Positions 39,746 through 49,223 of a stretch of 64,000 bases of DNA are shown piece after piece. The translations under genes and the position numbers were made by a program. The DNA lies in NCBI GenBank assembly GCA_903932535.1, contig CAIZGR010000666.1, positions 798-64,797 on the forward strand, given 5' to 3'. The notes beneath the pieces are model-generated. The model made no database searches, had not been told where the DNA came from, and saw only the letters and a list, made by a program, of their open reading frames with translations. Positions within the stretch are counted from its first letter, which is position 1. The number at the start of each line of letters is the position of its first letter. This DNA is from an uncultured Hyphomicrobiales bacterium. GTDB taxonomy: Bacteria > Pseudomonadota > Alphaproteobacteria > Rhizobiales > Beijerinckiaceae.

Positions 39746-42255
39746 GCGACCGAGAAGACCGAGACGATGATGATCTCTCCGAGATGCGTCCTGACGCAGA
39801 TTGGAAGGAAGGCGATCATCCCCGCAAGGAAAACGGCGAGTTCGGGTCCGGAGGCGGTGGCGTAAAGACGTCGCCCGGGATGTCGTCAAACACCAAGTAC
39901 GTCGAAGAAAAGATCGGAAGTCACGGCGGAAAAGAAACGACGATCTATGAGCGCGAAGGGCGCGCCGGAAAGGCCTCTGAGAAGGAGGCTCGGCTACTTA
40001 ACGCGAATAAACCGACTTCGCATGGTCCGGCCGCGACTCCGAAAAAAGAGCAGGAAAAAGACCATTCCAGCAAAAAGCAGGTCTCGGCAGAGCATGTCGC
40101 GGAAAAGATAAAGGGCATGTCGGTCGAGAAGCTTCGATCCGCCTCCTCGAACAAGGACGTAGACCCTAAGATCAGGGCTCTCGTAGATCGAGAGATCACG
40201 TCTCGCCTCATCTCCGGTCGCGAAGATTCTGCCACCGTTCGCGGAATGGTCGATCAGATCGCCGGCGAATCCGGTCGGATGCACCGAAAGGACGCGGAAC
40301 CGAACCCGAAGGCCGCCTCGGTCGCTCAGGGCGGCGTCCCGAACATCAACGTCGCTAAGGCGATCGAGAAGGTCGAGAAGGACGCCATCGTCTCCTCGGC
40401 CCCGGCGGCTCCCGCGACCGCTCCGCTCGCCTCCGCGCCCGTCCCCGACGGCGCTCCGGGCCTTGCCGCGATGCCGGTCGTCGCCCGCGCCGCCGGCGTC
40501 ATGTTCGTGACGAAGGACGGCCAGGCGCTTTTCCTGAAGCGGTCCGGCACCGTAGATCACGCGGGGGAATGGTGCTTCCCCGGCGGCGTCATCGAGCAGG
40601 GCGAGACCGCCGAAGAAGCCGCCCGCCGCGAGGCCTCAGAGGAGACCGCCTGGGAGGCGGACGGCGCGTTCACGCCGTGGGTGCGCCGCACGACGACCGA
40701 GACCGGAGCGAACGGCCAGCTCAAGACCGTGGACTTCACCACGTTCCTGCAGCGGATCGACGAACCCTTCGCCCCCAAGCTCAACGACGAGCACGTCGGC
40801 CACGCGTGGGCGCCGATCGCCCAGCCGCCGGAGCCGCTGCATCCCGGGTGCCGGGTCGCGCTGGCGAAGCTCGACATGGACGAGCTGGGCCTGGCCCGCG
40901 CCATCGCCGCGGGCGAACTCTCGTCGCCGCAGCACTTCAAGAACTTCTGGCTGTTCGCGATGCGGATCACCGGGACCGGCGTGTCCTACCGCGAGGCGCT
41001 GAACGAGTTCGTCTACCGCCGGCCGGAGCACTACCTGACCGACGAGTACCTGGCGCGGTGCAACGGCCTGCCCGTGATCATGATGCACCCGAAGAACGCG
41101 ACGCTGAACAGCAAGGAGTTCGGCGACCGGGTCGTGGGCGCGATGATGCTGCCCTACGTCCAGGGGACCGAGGTTTGGGGCGTCGCGCGGATTTACGATG
41201 ACGCGGCGGCCGCGATGATGATACAAGGTCCGCTGTCGACGTCTCCGTCGGTCATCCTGCGCAAGGCCGACCACGTGAAGATGCGGCTCGAAGACGGCTC
41301 CACCTTGCTGATCGAGGGAAAGCCTGCGTTAATGGATCATCTCGCGATCTGCGAGAACGGGGTTTGGGACAAGGGCGAGGGACCGAGCGGCATTCGGTCC
41401 GAGCTCATCACAGCAGAGGAGCTAGCGATGGCGGACGACGACAAGAAGGCGCCGGAGAAGAAGGCCGACGAGGCCGAGGCCAAGAAGCCCGCCGAAGACA
41501 AGAAGCCGGACGCCGACGCGGGCACCCCGCTCGACAAGGTCCTCGCCAAGATGGACGAGCACAAGGCCGACACCGACAAGCGGCTCGACGCCATGTCGGC
41601 CCGGCAGGACGCCTTCGAGAAGAAGCCCGACGCCGCCAAGAAAGACGCCGACGACGACAAGAAGGGCGAGCCCGAAGAAGTCGCCGCGGACAAGCGCAAG
41701 GACGCCGCCGACGAAAAGAAGGGCGAGAAGGGCGACGACGACAAGAAGGCCGACGCCGCCGAGGTCGCCGCGCGCGAGATCGCCACCAGGGCGCTGTCCG
41801 AGCGGATCGAGCAGGTCGCCCGCTCGATTCCGAAGTCGATGAACGACAACGAGTTCCACGCGATGGCCGACGCTCAGGCCCGCGCCGACAACGTGTTCGT
41901 CGCCCTCGGCCAGCGGGCCCCGCGCCCGCTCGACGGCGAGAACCTCTCCGGCTACCGGCGCCGGCTCGCGAACGACCTCAAGGCGCACAGCCGCTGGAAG
42001 GACGTTCCGATAGCCGCCTTCGCCGACGACGCGGCGTTCAAGGTGGCCGAGACGCAAATCTACGCCGACGCCCAGGTGGCCGCGACGAACCCGGTTGGCC
42101 TGCCCGACGGCCACATCCGCGCCGTGACCACCCCGGACGCGACCGGGCGGCAGATCACGCAGTTCTTCGGCCAGCCGAAAGCGTGGATGCAACCTTTCGC
42201 GGGCACGCCGATGCGTCTCCTCCGGATCAACAACGGGAGCGACCGCCGCCAGTAG
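39742..42255 (+). CDS. Fusion protein: low-complexity N-region + Nudix hydrolase domain + DUF2213-type prohead protease/scaffold region + Lys/Asp/Ala-rich coiled coil
   Basis: Nudix box GGVIEQGETAEEAARREASEETA at nt 40582-40650. AMRITGTGVSYR..VYRRPEHYL..GLPVIMMHP resembles DUF2213. Lies between the head morphogenesis and capsid genes. Confidence 0.75.
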   Translation: MSDREDRDDDDLSEMRPDADWKEGDHPRKENGEFGSGGGGVKTSPGMSSNTKYVEEKIGSHGGKETTIYEREGRAGKASEKEARLLNANKPTSHGPAATPKKEQEKDHSSKKQVSAEHVAEKIKGMSVEKLRSASSNKDVDPKIRALVDREITSRLISGREDSATVRGMVDQIAGESGRMHRKDAEPNPKAASVAQGGVPNINVAKAIEKVEKDAIVSSAPAAPATAPLASAPVPDGAPGLAAMPVVARAAGVMFVTKDGQALFLKRSGTVDHAGEWCFPGGVIEQGETAEEAARREASEETAWEADGAFTPWVRRTTTETGANGQLKTVDFTTFLQRIDEPFAPKLNDEHVGHAWAPIAQPPEPLHPGCRVALAKLDMDELGLARAIAAGELSSPQHFKNFWLFAMRITGTGVSYREALNEFVYRRPEHYLTDEYLARCNGLPVIMMHPKNATLNSKEFGDRVVGAMMLPYVQGTEVWGVARIYDDAAAAMMIQGPLSTSPSVILRKADHVKMRLEDGSTLLIEGKPALMDHLAICENGVWDKGEGPSGIRSELITAEELAMADDDKKAPEKKADEAEAKKPAEDKKPDADAGTPLDKVLAKMDEHKADTDKRLDAMSARQDAFEKKPDAAKKDADDDKKGEPEEVAADKRKDAADEKKGEKGDDDKKADAAEVAAREIATRALSERIEQVARSIPKSMNDNEFHAMADAQARADNVFVALGQRAPRPLDGENLSGYRRRLANDLKAHSRWKDVPIAAFADDAAFKVAETQIYADAQVAATNPVGLPDGHIRAVTTPDATGRQITQFFGQPKAWMQPFAGTPMRLLRINNGSDRRQ

Positions 42256-42303
42256 GCGACGGCAGCGCCCTCCCCAAGGACCCAGAAAGGTTAGAGGCAT
42301 ATC

Positions 42304-42897
42304 ATGGCTGAAATCTCGATCAACCCGACCCTGACGACGAACGCGGCGGGTTCGTTCAACGTCTCGTCGCTCGGCTTCGTCCAGGGCGTCGCCCTCGACG
42401 ATCCGGCGATTCGCAACGCGCTCTCCGGTGGCTACCTCGACGCTGCCGAGACCGTGCCCATGTGGGGCGGCGTCGCGATCGAGGAGCTCACCGGCCTCGT
42501 CGGCGAGAGCCGCGGCAACGACATCAAGCGCGCGGTCAGCTACGCCACGCTCACGGGGTTCTCGGTGTTCAACCAGAACCACGCGGCCATCAACTCGCCG
42601 CAGAGCCCGGTCCCGCTGTCGGCCGACGGCATGCTGGTGAACTTCTACCGGCTTGGCTCCGGCGCGCGCATCCCGCTCAAGATCGACCCGGCGCTGATCA
42701 CGGCGGACGGCGAGATCATCACCCAGCAAGTGAGCTGGGACTTCGTGAACTCGATGATCGTCGCGTTCGACACGACGGCCCTGAACATCCGCCTCCTCGA
42801 GGTCGCGGTCGGCAATTCCATGACGGTCTCCTACGACGCCGGCACGGGCTTCGCCACCTGGGACAAGGGCGGCGCCGTCGCGATCGCCCTCGTCTGA
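42304..42897 (+). CDS. Capsid-associated structural protein (197 aa)
   Basis: Positioned between the scaffold and the major capsid gene. In ORF track. Confidence 0.6.
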   Translation: MAEISINPTLTTNAAGSFNVSSLGFVQGVALDDPAIRNALSGGYLDAAETVPMWGGVAIEELTGLVGESRGNDIKRAVSYATLTGFSVFNQNHAAINSPQSPVPLSADGMLVNFYRLGSGARIPLKIDPALITADGEIITQQVSWDFVNSMIVAFDTTALNIRLLEVAVGNSMTVSYDAGTGFATWDKGGAVAIALV

Positions 42898-42943
42898 GCG
42901 ACCGCGCCCGCAACCCGGCTCACCCGAAAGAAGGAACTAGACC

Positions 42944-43969
42944 ATGGCCTTGATCACCCCGTCCTACGTTACGGTGAACCCGCACTACATGGAGCCGGGC
43001 GTCATCCTGCCGTACTCGCAGGCCTCCGGCGCCTTCGAGACCATCGCCCAGGGGCAGCCGCTGCCGCGGCTCTCCGACGGCGACCTCTACGTCTACATGA
43101 AGAAGATGGACGTCCGGACCAAGGTCGCGTCCGGCCAGGCCGCCTACAACAGCCTGCCGTCGATCTCGGTCATCCTGTCGATGATCTCGACCCCGACTTA
43201 CCTGCTGCGCGTGCGCGGGGAGTACGACCACCACGACACCGCGGCGGCGAACCGCTGGGGCGTGTCCATCGTCGAGGCGCAGCGCCTCGGCATGCGGCAG
43301 GGCCACTTCCAGCTCGCGCGCAACGGCCTGCTGTACGGGTTCAACCCGGCCGGCGGCGAGGGCCTGGTCAACGCCAACGGCGCGACGGCGCTCACGCTGC
43401 CGCCCGACACCAACGGCAACACCACGGTCGTGACCTACGACAACGGCCAGATGGGCCAGTTCATCCTCCAGCAGCTCTCGGCGCTGAAGACCAGGACGAA
43501 CCAGCTCGGCATCGGCCGCAAGTTTACGATCCTCGGCCCGCAGCGCGTGCTCGGCGGCTGGGAATACCAGGACATCGTCCAGGTGACGCAGTTCCAGCGC
43601 GAGGGCGCCGGCTCGGTTCCGGTCGCCGGCATGGTGAAGGAAGTCATCGCGATGAACGGCGACGAGATCGCCTGGGTCTACGACGACACGCTGATCGGCC
43701 AGGGCGACGGCGGGACCGACCTCGTCATCATCACGATGCCGGAGGTCAAGAAGCCCGCCGGGTCGATGATCAACACCAACGAGTTCGCCAAGCTCGAACC
43801 CGGCATCGAAGCCTGCTCGCTGATGTACTGCGACATGGCCGCGCCGCGCGAGATCCCGACGCCGCTCGCCGGCGGCGCGATCGACGTGCTCTCCGAGTGG
43901 CGGATCACGAGCGGCTGGGGCGTTCGCCCCGAAAGCATCTCGCTGATCTCGATGCCATACTCGGCCTGA
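42944..43969 (+). CDS. Major capsid protein
   Basis: 341 aa. Position and strong RBS (GAAGGAA). DUF2184-like companion of DUF2213. Confidence 0.7.
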   Translation: MALITPSYVTVNPHYMEPGVILPYSQASGAFETIAQGQPLPRLSDGDLYVYMKKMDVRTKVASGQAAYNSLPSISVILSMISTPTYLLRVRGEYDHHDTAAANRWGVSIVEAQRLGMRQGHFQLARNGLLYGFNPAGGEGLVNANGATALTLPPDTNGNTTVVTYDNGQMGQFILQQLSALKTRTNQLGIGRKFTILGPQRVLGGWEYQDIVQVTQFQREGAGSVPVAGMVKEVIAMNGDEIAWVYDDTLIGQGDGGTDLVIITMPEVKKPAGSMINTNEFAKLEPGIEACSLMYCDMAAPREIPTPLAGGAIDVLSEWRITSGWGVRPESISLISMPYSA

Positions 43970-44038
43970 AACCGAACAAACGCGGGGGGCCGCGCGTTGG
44001 CCCTCCGCCCAACGCCTTCAACAGGGGAGTTAGCCGCC

Positions 44039-44560
44039 GTGAGAATGTACGTCGCAAACTGCACGAAACAGGTTCGTGACTTCCACTACCGGGTGCCGGA
44101 GTCCGGCGTGCGCATGCAGAAGATCGAGATCGGCCGCCAGATCGAGATCGCCGGCGACCTGAGCCAGCCCGACGTCGACGCGATCATCGCGCAGCACGCG
44201 GTCTACGGCATGAAGTCGGTCGAGGACGCGCGCAAGGTTCGCGGCAAGTTCACCGGCCTCTGCTACTCGATCGGCAAGCCGGTCTCCATCGAGAGCATGC
44301 AGATCGTGCTGACGAAGAACGACGACGTCCTGACCGAGCGCGGCCAGCAGCTCCGGACGGAGGCGGCCGTCGCCACGTCAGCGGCGATCACCCAGGGCGG
44401 CCAGCAGGGCCTGAAATCCCTGGAGACCTCCATCGTCGAGGTCAAGAAGGACGGCGGCGAACCCGACGTGACCGAGGGCGTCCGCGTGGACTCCGCGGCC
44501 CCGGAGAAGACCCAGGTCGTCAAGGGCGCCGAAGCCAAGGCGAAGCTGAAGACGAGATAA
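44039..44560 (+). CDS. Hypothetical structural protein (173 aa)
   Basis: GTG 44039 lies 9 nt after GGGGAG. The ORF is open from TTG 43997. ATG 44045 is an alternative start. Confidence 0.55.
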   Translation: MRMYVANCTKQVRDFHYRVPESGVRMQKIEIGRQIEIAGDLSQPDVDAIIAQHAVYGMKSVEDARKVRGKFTGLCYSIGKPVSIESMQIVLTKNDDVLTERGQQLRTEAAVATSAAITQGGQQGLKSLETSIVEVKKDGGEPDVTEGVRVDSAAPEKTQVVKGAEAKAKLKTR

Positions 44561-44571
44561 ACGAGGGTTAA

Positions 44572-45057
44572 GTGGCCGGTCTCGACACCACGCCGACGAG
44601 GGCCGGCTATCTCGTCTTCGTCCGGACGATGATGGGCGTGCCCGTCGACGTTCTCCCGGACAACTCGGACTACGTCGACGTCTCCTACGAGATCGCCCTC
44701 GAGATCGTCAACGTGGGCCTGAAGACCATCGCGCCGCGCGAGTACACACGGGCGGTCTACAACCTGGGCGGCTCCACCCTGCTGAACATCGCCCAGGACG
44801 CCGGCGGGGCGGCCCCGATCGCCGGGACCCAGCCGCCGCTCGCCTACTTCGCCTACGCGCGCTCCAAGTTCAACATGAACGGGTTCGTCTCCGGCGTGAT
44901 ACAGTCGGCCGGCGACGAGGGCACGAACGAGTCCATGGTCGTCCAGGAGGCGGCCAAGAACTTCACGCTGGCGAACCTGCAGCAACTCAAGGACCCTTAC
45001 GGGCGCGCGTACCTCTCGATCGCGCAGAGCTACGGCGACGTCTGGGGCGTCAGCTAA
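44572..45057 (+). CDS. Head-tail connector/adaptor candidate
   Basis: ORF track (GTG start). Position after the capsid genes. Confidence 0.55.
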   Translation: MAGLDTTPTRAGYLVFVRTMMGVPVDVLPDNSDYVDVSYEIALEIVNVGLKTIAPREYTRAVYNLGGSTLLNIAQDAGGAAPIAGTQPPLAYFAYARSKFNMNGFVSGVIQSAGDEGTNESMVVQEAAKNFTLANLQQLKDPYGRAYLSIAQSYGDVWGVS

Positions 45058-45074
45058 CAACGGAGACGACGACG

Positions 45075-45458
45075 ATGGCGGGCTTCCCGAACAAGCAGAG
45101 CTACCCGGCCGCGGCGATCCCCGTCTACATCGGGGTCCAGCCGTTCGCGGTGGCGCCGACCACGGTCTTCCCCGCGACCATCGTCGCGGGCGCGACCTAC
45201 GACACCGGCCTGATCGTCGCCGCCGGCGCCCTGATCGTGGCGGCCACCCTCGACCAGCCGAGCGTGTTCACGCTCACCCGCTACATGGACGCGGCCGGGC
45301 TGATCCCGATCGACGTCGCGACGCTGGCCTTCGCCGAGGCCGGGTCGAACGCGCTCGTCGTCAACGACGGGCTGCCGTTCCGGTCGTTCCGGGCGACGAT
45401 CAAGAACACGGGCCCTGACGTCGCGACCGTCACCAAGTCGGGGATCCTGGGCGGATGA
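45075..45458 (+). CDS. Hypothetical structural protein (127 aa)
   Basis: ORF track. RBS GGAGA. Confidence 0.55.
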   Translation: MAGFPNKQSYPAAAIPVYIGVQPFAVAPTTVFPATIVAGATYDTGLIVAAGALIVAATLDQPSVFTLTRYMDAAGLIPIDVATLAFAEAGSNALVVNDGLPFRSFRATIKNTGPDVATVTKSGILGG

Positions 45459-45643
45459 TCTGCGCTCTTTTCGGAATATGGTGCATGGCGGCGACTCCGT
45501 CGTCCGCGTGTTACTGCCGGGACCGCCGCGGACCGACCGTTCAATGCCGCGATGGGCGAAGTTGCTGCCTCGCCTCCGGCGAGTTCGTCTGCGGCTCGAT
45601 TAAAGAAAGCGCAGAGACGATCATGCGAGTGTCGCCAAAATGA
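45455..45643 (+). CDS. Cys-rich 62-aa protein
   Basis: ATGA overlaps at both ends. Nine Cys residues. Locally lower GC. Confidence 0.45.
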   Translation: MICALFGIWCMAATPSSACYCRDRRGPTVQCRDGRSCCLASGEFVCGSIKESAETIMRVSPK

Positions 45644-46101
45644 TTCTCCACCTGGGCGTCGTCGACATACCCTACGCGCAGGCCCCGCGCCGCAACCAGC
45701 GCAAGGCCGGGACGGCGGGCACCCAGACCACGGGCGACGTCGCCGGCTGGCTGGAGACCCGCTACCACGTCATGGAGATTTTCGTCGAGGTGAAGCGCGA
45801 AGACATCGCCGCCGACATCGAAGGCGCCCTCCAGGGCGCGCTGGAGAGCGTGCTGATGGGGGCCGGCAGCTTTAACGTCGTCGACCCGTCGGGCGCGGCC
45901 ATGTCGGCGATCGAGGACCGCTTCAAGACGTTCCTGTCGATGAAGGAGATCGAGAGCGTCGGCGTCCCCGGGGTCCCGACCATGGCGGCGCAGCGCGGCG
46001 TCAACCACCGCCTGAAGCACCCCTACCGGCGGCGGGCCGCGCGCCCTTCGTTCGTCGACACCGCCCTGTACCAGGCGTCGTTCAAGTCGTGGATGGACTA
46101 G
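45640..46101 (+). CDS. Neck / tail-completion protein candidate (HK97 gp10-like position)
   Basis: ORF track. Position before the sheath. Confidence 0.5.
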   Translation: MILHLGVVDIPYAQAPRRNQRKAGTAGTQTTGDVAGWLETRYHVMEIFVEVKREDIAADIEGALQGALESVLMGAGSFNVVDPSGAAMSAIEDRFKTFLSMKEIESVGVPGVPTMAAQRGVNHRLKHPYRRRAARPSFVDTALYQASFKSWMD

Positions 46102-46102
46102 G

Positions 46103-47137
46103 ATGGCGACGCTAGACGAGTCCATCGGCGCGCCCTCCGGGCTCGGTTCCGACCTTCAAGCCGGGGTCGAGGCGATCTCGTCCAGCCAGACCGTCGTCTT
46201 CACGAAGTACGTCAAGGTGGTGCTGCCGCTCGACGGCTACGTGTTCTGGGTGAAGGCCGACGCGGTCGGCCCGACCGCGCTCTACAACGCCGCGCTGATG
46301 AACCGGGCGGCCTACAACAAGTCGGCGGCAGTGACGCCGGCCGCGACCTGCCTCGCCGAGGGGTCGCTCCACTACGCGACCGACACCCGCCAGGACGAGG
46401 CGAACACGATCGCGGTCAACCGGGTGGTGTTCACGTCGGAGCAGGAGATCCAGGACCTCAACCAGGTCGGCCCGAACGTGCTGTTCATCGGCGTGATCGA
46501 CGGGATCAAGTTCGCGTTCTCGACCCGGGCGGCGTTCTACCGGCAGGCGGACCTGTGGCACTACGTCGGCTTCGCCGTCTACTCCGACATGGAGACCCAG
46601 GTCGTCGACGACCCGCGCTCCCTGAACACCCGCGACGTCGTCGTGTCGAACTCCCTGCCGCTGTGGCTGGCGCTGAACGGCTACGCGCCGACCGTGGCCG
46701 GGTTCGGCAACCCCGGGATCACGCTCTACCCGTCCTTCCTGCTGCCGACCAACCTCGCGCCGCCCTACGCGGCCGTGCACATCCCGCCGGAGAACACGCG
46801 GGCCCTGGCGGGCGCGCCCCTGATCCACCGGGACTCGAGCCACAGCCAGCTTTGCGCCGACGTGGTGAAGGTGACTATGTTCGGGATGAGGAACTTCAAC
46901 GCTCTGGATTTTCTCGATTGCGTGCTACAGAGGAGCCTCGACTTCGAAGAGTTCGGGATCATGAACATGCCGGTCGTGCGCGACGAGAAGCGAACCCAGA
47001 GCGAGCTCAACGCCATCGCGCAGAAGAAGTCGATCCAGTTCGAGGTCTCGTACCAGCAGAGCCGCATGAACGACATCGCCAGACAGCTGATCCTCTCGTC
47101 GATCCCGTCCTTCCAGCCGAACGGCTTCGCCGCCTAG
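46103..47137 (+). CDS. Hypothetical structural protein (344 aa)
   Basis: ORF track. Immediately upstream of the sheath. Confidence 0.6.
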   Translation: MATLDESIGAPSGLGSDLQAGVEAISSSQTVVFTKYVKVVLPLDGYVFWVKADAVGPTALYNAALMNRAAYNKSAAVTPAATCLAEGSLHYATDTRQDEANTIAVNRVVFTSEQEIQDLNQVGPNVLFIGVIDGIKFAFSTRAAFYRQADLWHYVGFAVYSDMETQVVDDPRSLNTRDVVVSNSLPLWLALNGYAPTVAGFGNPGITLYPSFLLPTNLAPPYAAVHIPPENTRALAGAPLIHRDSSHSQLCADVVKVTMFGMRNFNALDFLDCVLQRSLDFEEFGIMNMPVVRDEKRTQSELNAIAQKKSIQFEVSYQQSRMNDIARQLILSSIPSFQPNGFAA

Positions 47138-47153
47138 CCCGGAGACAACGACC

Positions 47154-48764
47154 ATGTCCATCGTCACCGTCAACGTCACCCAAACGGTCGCCCCGACCCC
47201 GAGCCAGCTCCAGAAGAACGGGGCCATGATCTCCCAGGGCGGCACCACCGCGCCCCCCGGCGCCAAGACGCTGGTCACGCAGCCGTCCGACCTCACCGCC
47301 GTGCTGCGGCCCGCGGTCGCGCTGGCGAGCCTGGCGCAGGTCGCCGGCCTCGCCACCGGCACGCTGAAGTCGACGACCATCGCCGCCGGCACCTACAACA
47401 CCGACACCGGCCAGGTGACGCTCACGCTGACGGCCTCGATCGCGGCGCTCCCCGGCGCGCCCGTCACGATCGCGGCCGCGACCGGCACCGGCTCCTTCGC
47501 GGCGATCGACGGGACCTTCCTGGCCGACGCCGGCTCGGTCGGCACCACGCTGAAGTTCACCATCGCCGCGGGCCTGACGATGACGATCACCGGCGGCAAC
47601 GCGAACGCGAGCCTCGGCCGCGCCAACGGCGCGACGTTCTGGACGACCGTCTCCGGGGCGACGCAGGCCGGCTACAACCTGACCGCGCTCGCCACGGTCG
47701 CGACCGACAAGACCTTCACCTACGCGGTCGCCGGCGCCACCGTCTCCCCGGCCACCGGGACCCCGGCCTTCCTGATGCCTGGCACGGTCGAGCTGACGCA
47801 GATGAGCGCCACGTTTTTCGCGCAGGGTTCGCAGCAGGCGGTCTACGTGCTCGAGCTCGGCTCCGCCACCCCGGCCCAGGGCGTCGACGACCTCGACGAC
47901 TGGATCGCGGCGAACCCCGGCACGTTCTACTCGTACCTGGTGCCCCGCTCGTGGGGCGGCGAGACCACCTGGGCGGACTACCTCGACGCGCTCGACGGGA
48001 CGACGGCGAAGACCTACGGCTTCACCACGGTCACGGTCGACCAGTCGGCGGCGTTCGCCGGGGCCAAGGCCGCGTTCTGCGTCGTGGAATCGCCGGACGT
48101 GCCGTCGACCGAGTTCACGGCGGCCGGGCCGTTCTGGGTGACGCTGAACTACGCGCCGTCGTCGACGAACCGGGTGACGACGCTCGCCTTCGCCTACCTG
48201 TCGGGCGTGACCGCTTACCCGCTCGCGGGCAACGCCGCGGTGCTGGCGACCCTGAAGGCCGCCGGCGTCAACTACGTCGGCACGGGGGCCGAGGGCGGCA
48301 TCTCCAACACCGTGCTGTTCTGGGGCACGACGATGGACCTGCGCCCGTTCAACTATTGGTACTCGGTCGATTGGGTCCAGATCACCGGCTCCCAGGCCAT
48401 CGCGAACGCCGTCATCAACGGCTCGAACGACGCGATCAACCCGCTCTACTACAACCAGAACGGCATCAACCGGCTGCAGCAGGTGCTCGCCACCGTCATG
48501 AGCTCCGGGATCACGTTCGGGCTGGTCCTCGGCAACGTCCAGCAGACCGCCCTCGACGCGAGCGCGTTCCAGGTGGCGGTCGACGACGGCACCTTCGACG
48601 GATCGACGGCGGTCAACGCCGTGCCGTTCCGCGCCTACACCGCGGCGAACCCGAGCGACTACGCGGACGGGGTCTACGACGGCCTCTCGGTGGTCTACAC
48701 CCCGGCCCGCGGCTTCGAGTCGATCACCTTCAACGTCAACGTCACCGACTTCGTGACGCAGTAA
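47154..48764 (+). CDS. Contractile tail sheath protein
   Basis: 536 aa. Sheath-tube-chaperone-tape measure gene order. Ala/Thr/Gly-rich N-terminal insertion domain. Confidence 0.7.
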   Translation: MSIVTVNVTQTVAPTPSQLQKNGAMISQGGTTAPPGAKTLVTQPSDLTAVLRPAVALASLAQVAGLATGTLKSTTIAAGTYNTDTGQVTLTLTASIAALPGAPVTIAAATGTGSFAAIDGTFLADAGSVGTTLKFTIAAGLTMTITGGNANASLGRANGATFWTTVSGATQAGYNLTALATVATDKTFTYAVAGATVSPATGTPAFLMPGTVELTQMSATFFAQGSQQAVYVLELGSATPAQGVDDLDDWIAANPGTFYSYLVPRSWGGETTWADYLDALDGTTAKTYGFTTVTVDQSAAFAGAKAAFCVVESPDVPSTEFTAAGPFWVTLNYAPSSTNRVTTLAFAYLSGVTAYPLAGNAAVLATLKAAGVNYVGTGAEGGISNTVLFWGTTMDLRPFNYWYSVDWVQITGSQAIANAVINGSNDAINPLYYNQNGINRLQQVLATVMSSGITFGLVLGNVQQTALDASAFQVAVDDGTFDGSTAVNAVPFRAYTAANPSDYADGVYDGLSVVYTPARGFESITFNVNVTDFVTQ

Positions 48765-48777
48765 GGAGCGCGCCGAC

Positions 48778-49221
48778 ATGGCCACCAACCCCCTCGTCGA
48801 CCAGGGCGTCCTGAACCGCTTGCGCGGGAGCGTCATCTGGGCGGACTTCCCGCAGCTCAACGTGACCGCCGCCTACCTCGGGGCCGAGGCCATCCGGCTC
48901 GCGCTGGAGGGCGACGCGGTCGAGTACATCAACACGATGACCGGCGCCGTCTCCTCGCCGCAGCCCTACCGCATGGCGTCGCTCACCCTGCACCTGCTGA
49001 AGACCCAGCAGCTCGCCGACCTCTACAAGAAGCAGGAGGAGGCGAACGCGGTCCTCGGCGCCGGCACCGTCCGGCCCGACGCGGCCGCGCTCTCGCCGTA
49101 CCCGCTGGTTAACTGCTCGATCCTGGGCGTGTCGGACCTCAACTTCGCCGGCCAGGACCCCGGGTACGCCGTCCGAATCCGCGGCTACTACCTGATCAAC
49201 GCCGACCTGTGGGCGCTCTGA
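48778..49221 (+). CDS. Tail tube protein
   Basis: 147 aa directly after the sheath. RBS AAGGAG. Confidence 0.65.
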   Translation: MATNPLVDQGVLNRLRGSVIWADFPQLNVTAAYLGAEAIRLALEGDAVEYINTMTGAVSSPQPYRMASLTLHLLKTQQLADLYKKQEEANAVLGAGTVRPDAAALSPYPLVNCSILGVSDLNFAGQDPGYAVRIRGYYLINADLWAL

Positions 49222-49223
49222 CG

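Noticed and set aside
47007-48860. 617-aa minus-strand ORF antisense to the tail sheath gene. Similar antisense ORFs occur at 20271..21560, 32726..34045, 49905..51482, 52095..53843, 55275..56441, 56446..57699 and 41422..42729
   Set aside because: All are R/G/D/V-rich, lack RBS or coupling signals, and lie opposite genes with clear structural or enzymatic signatures.
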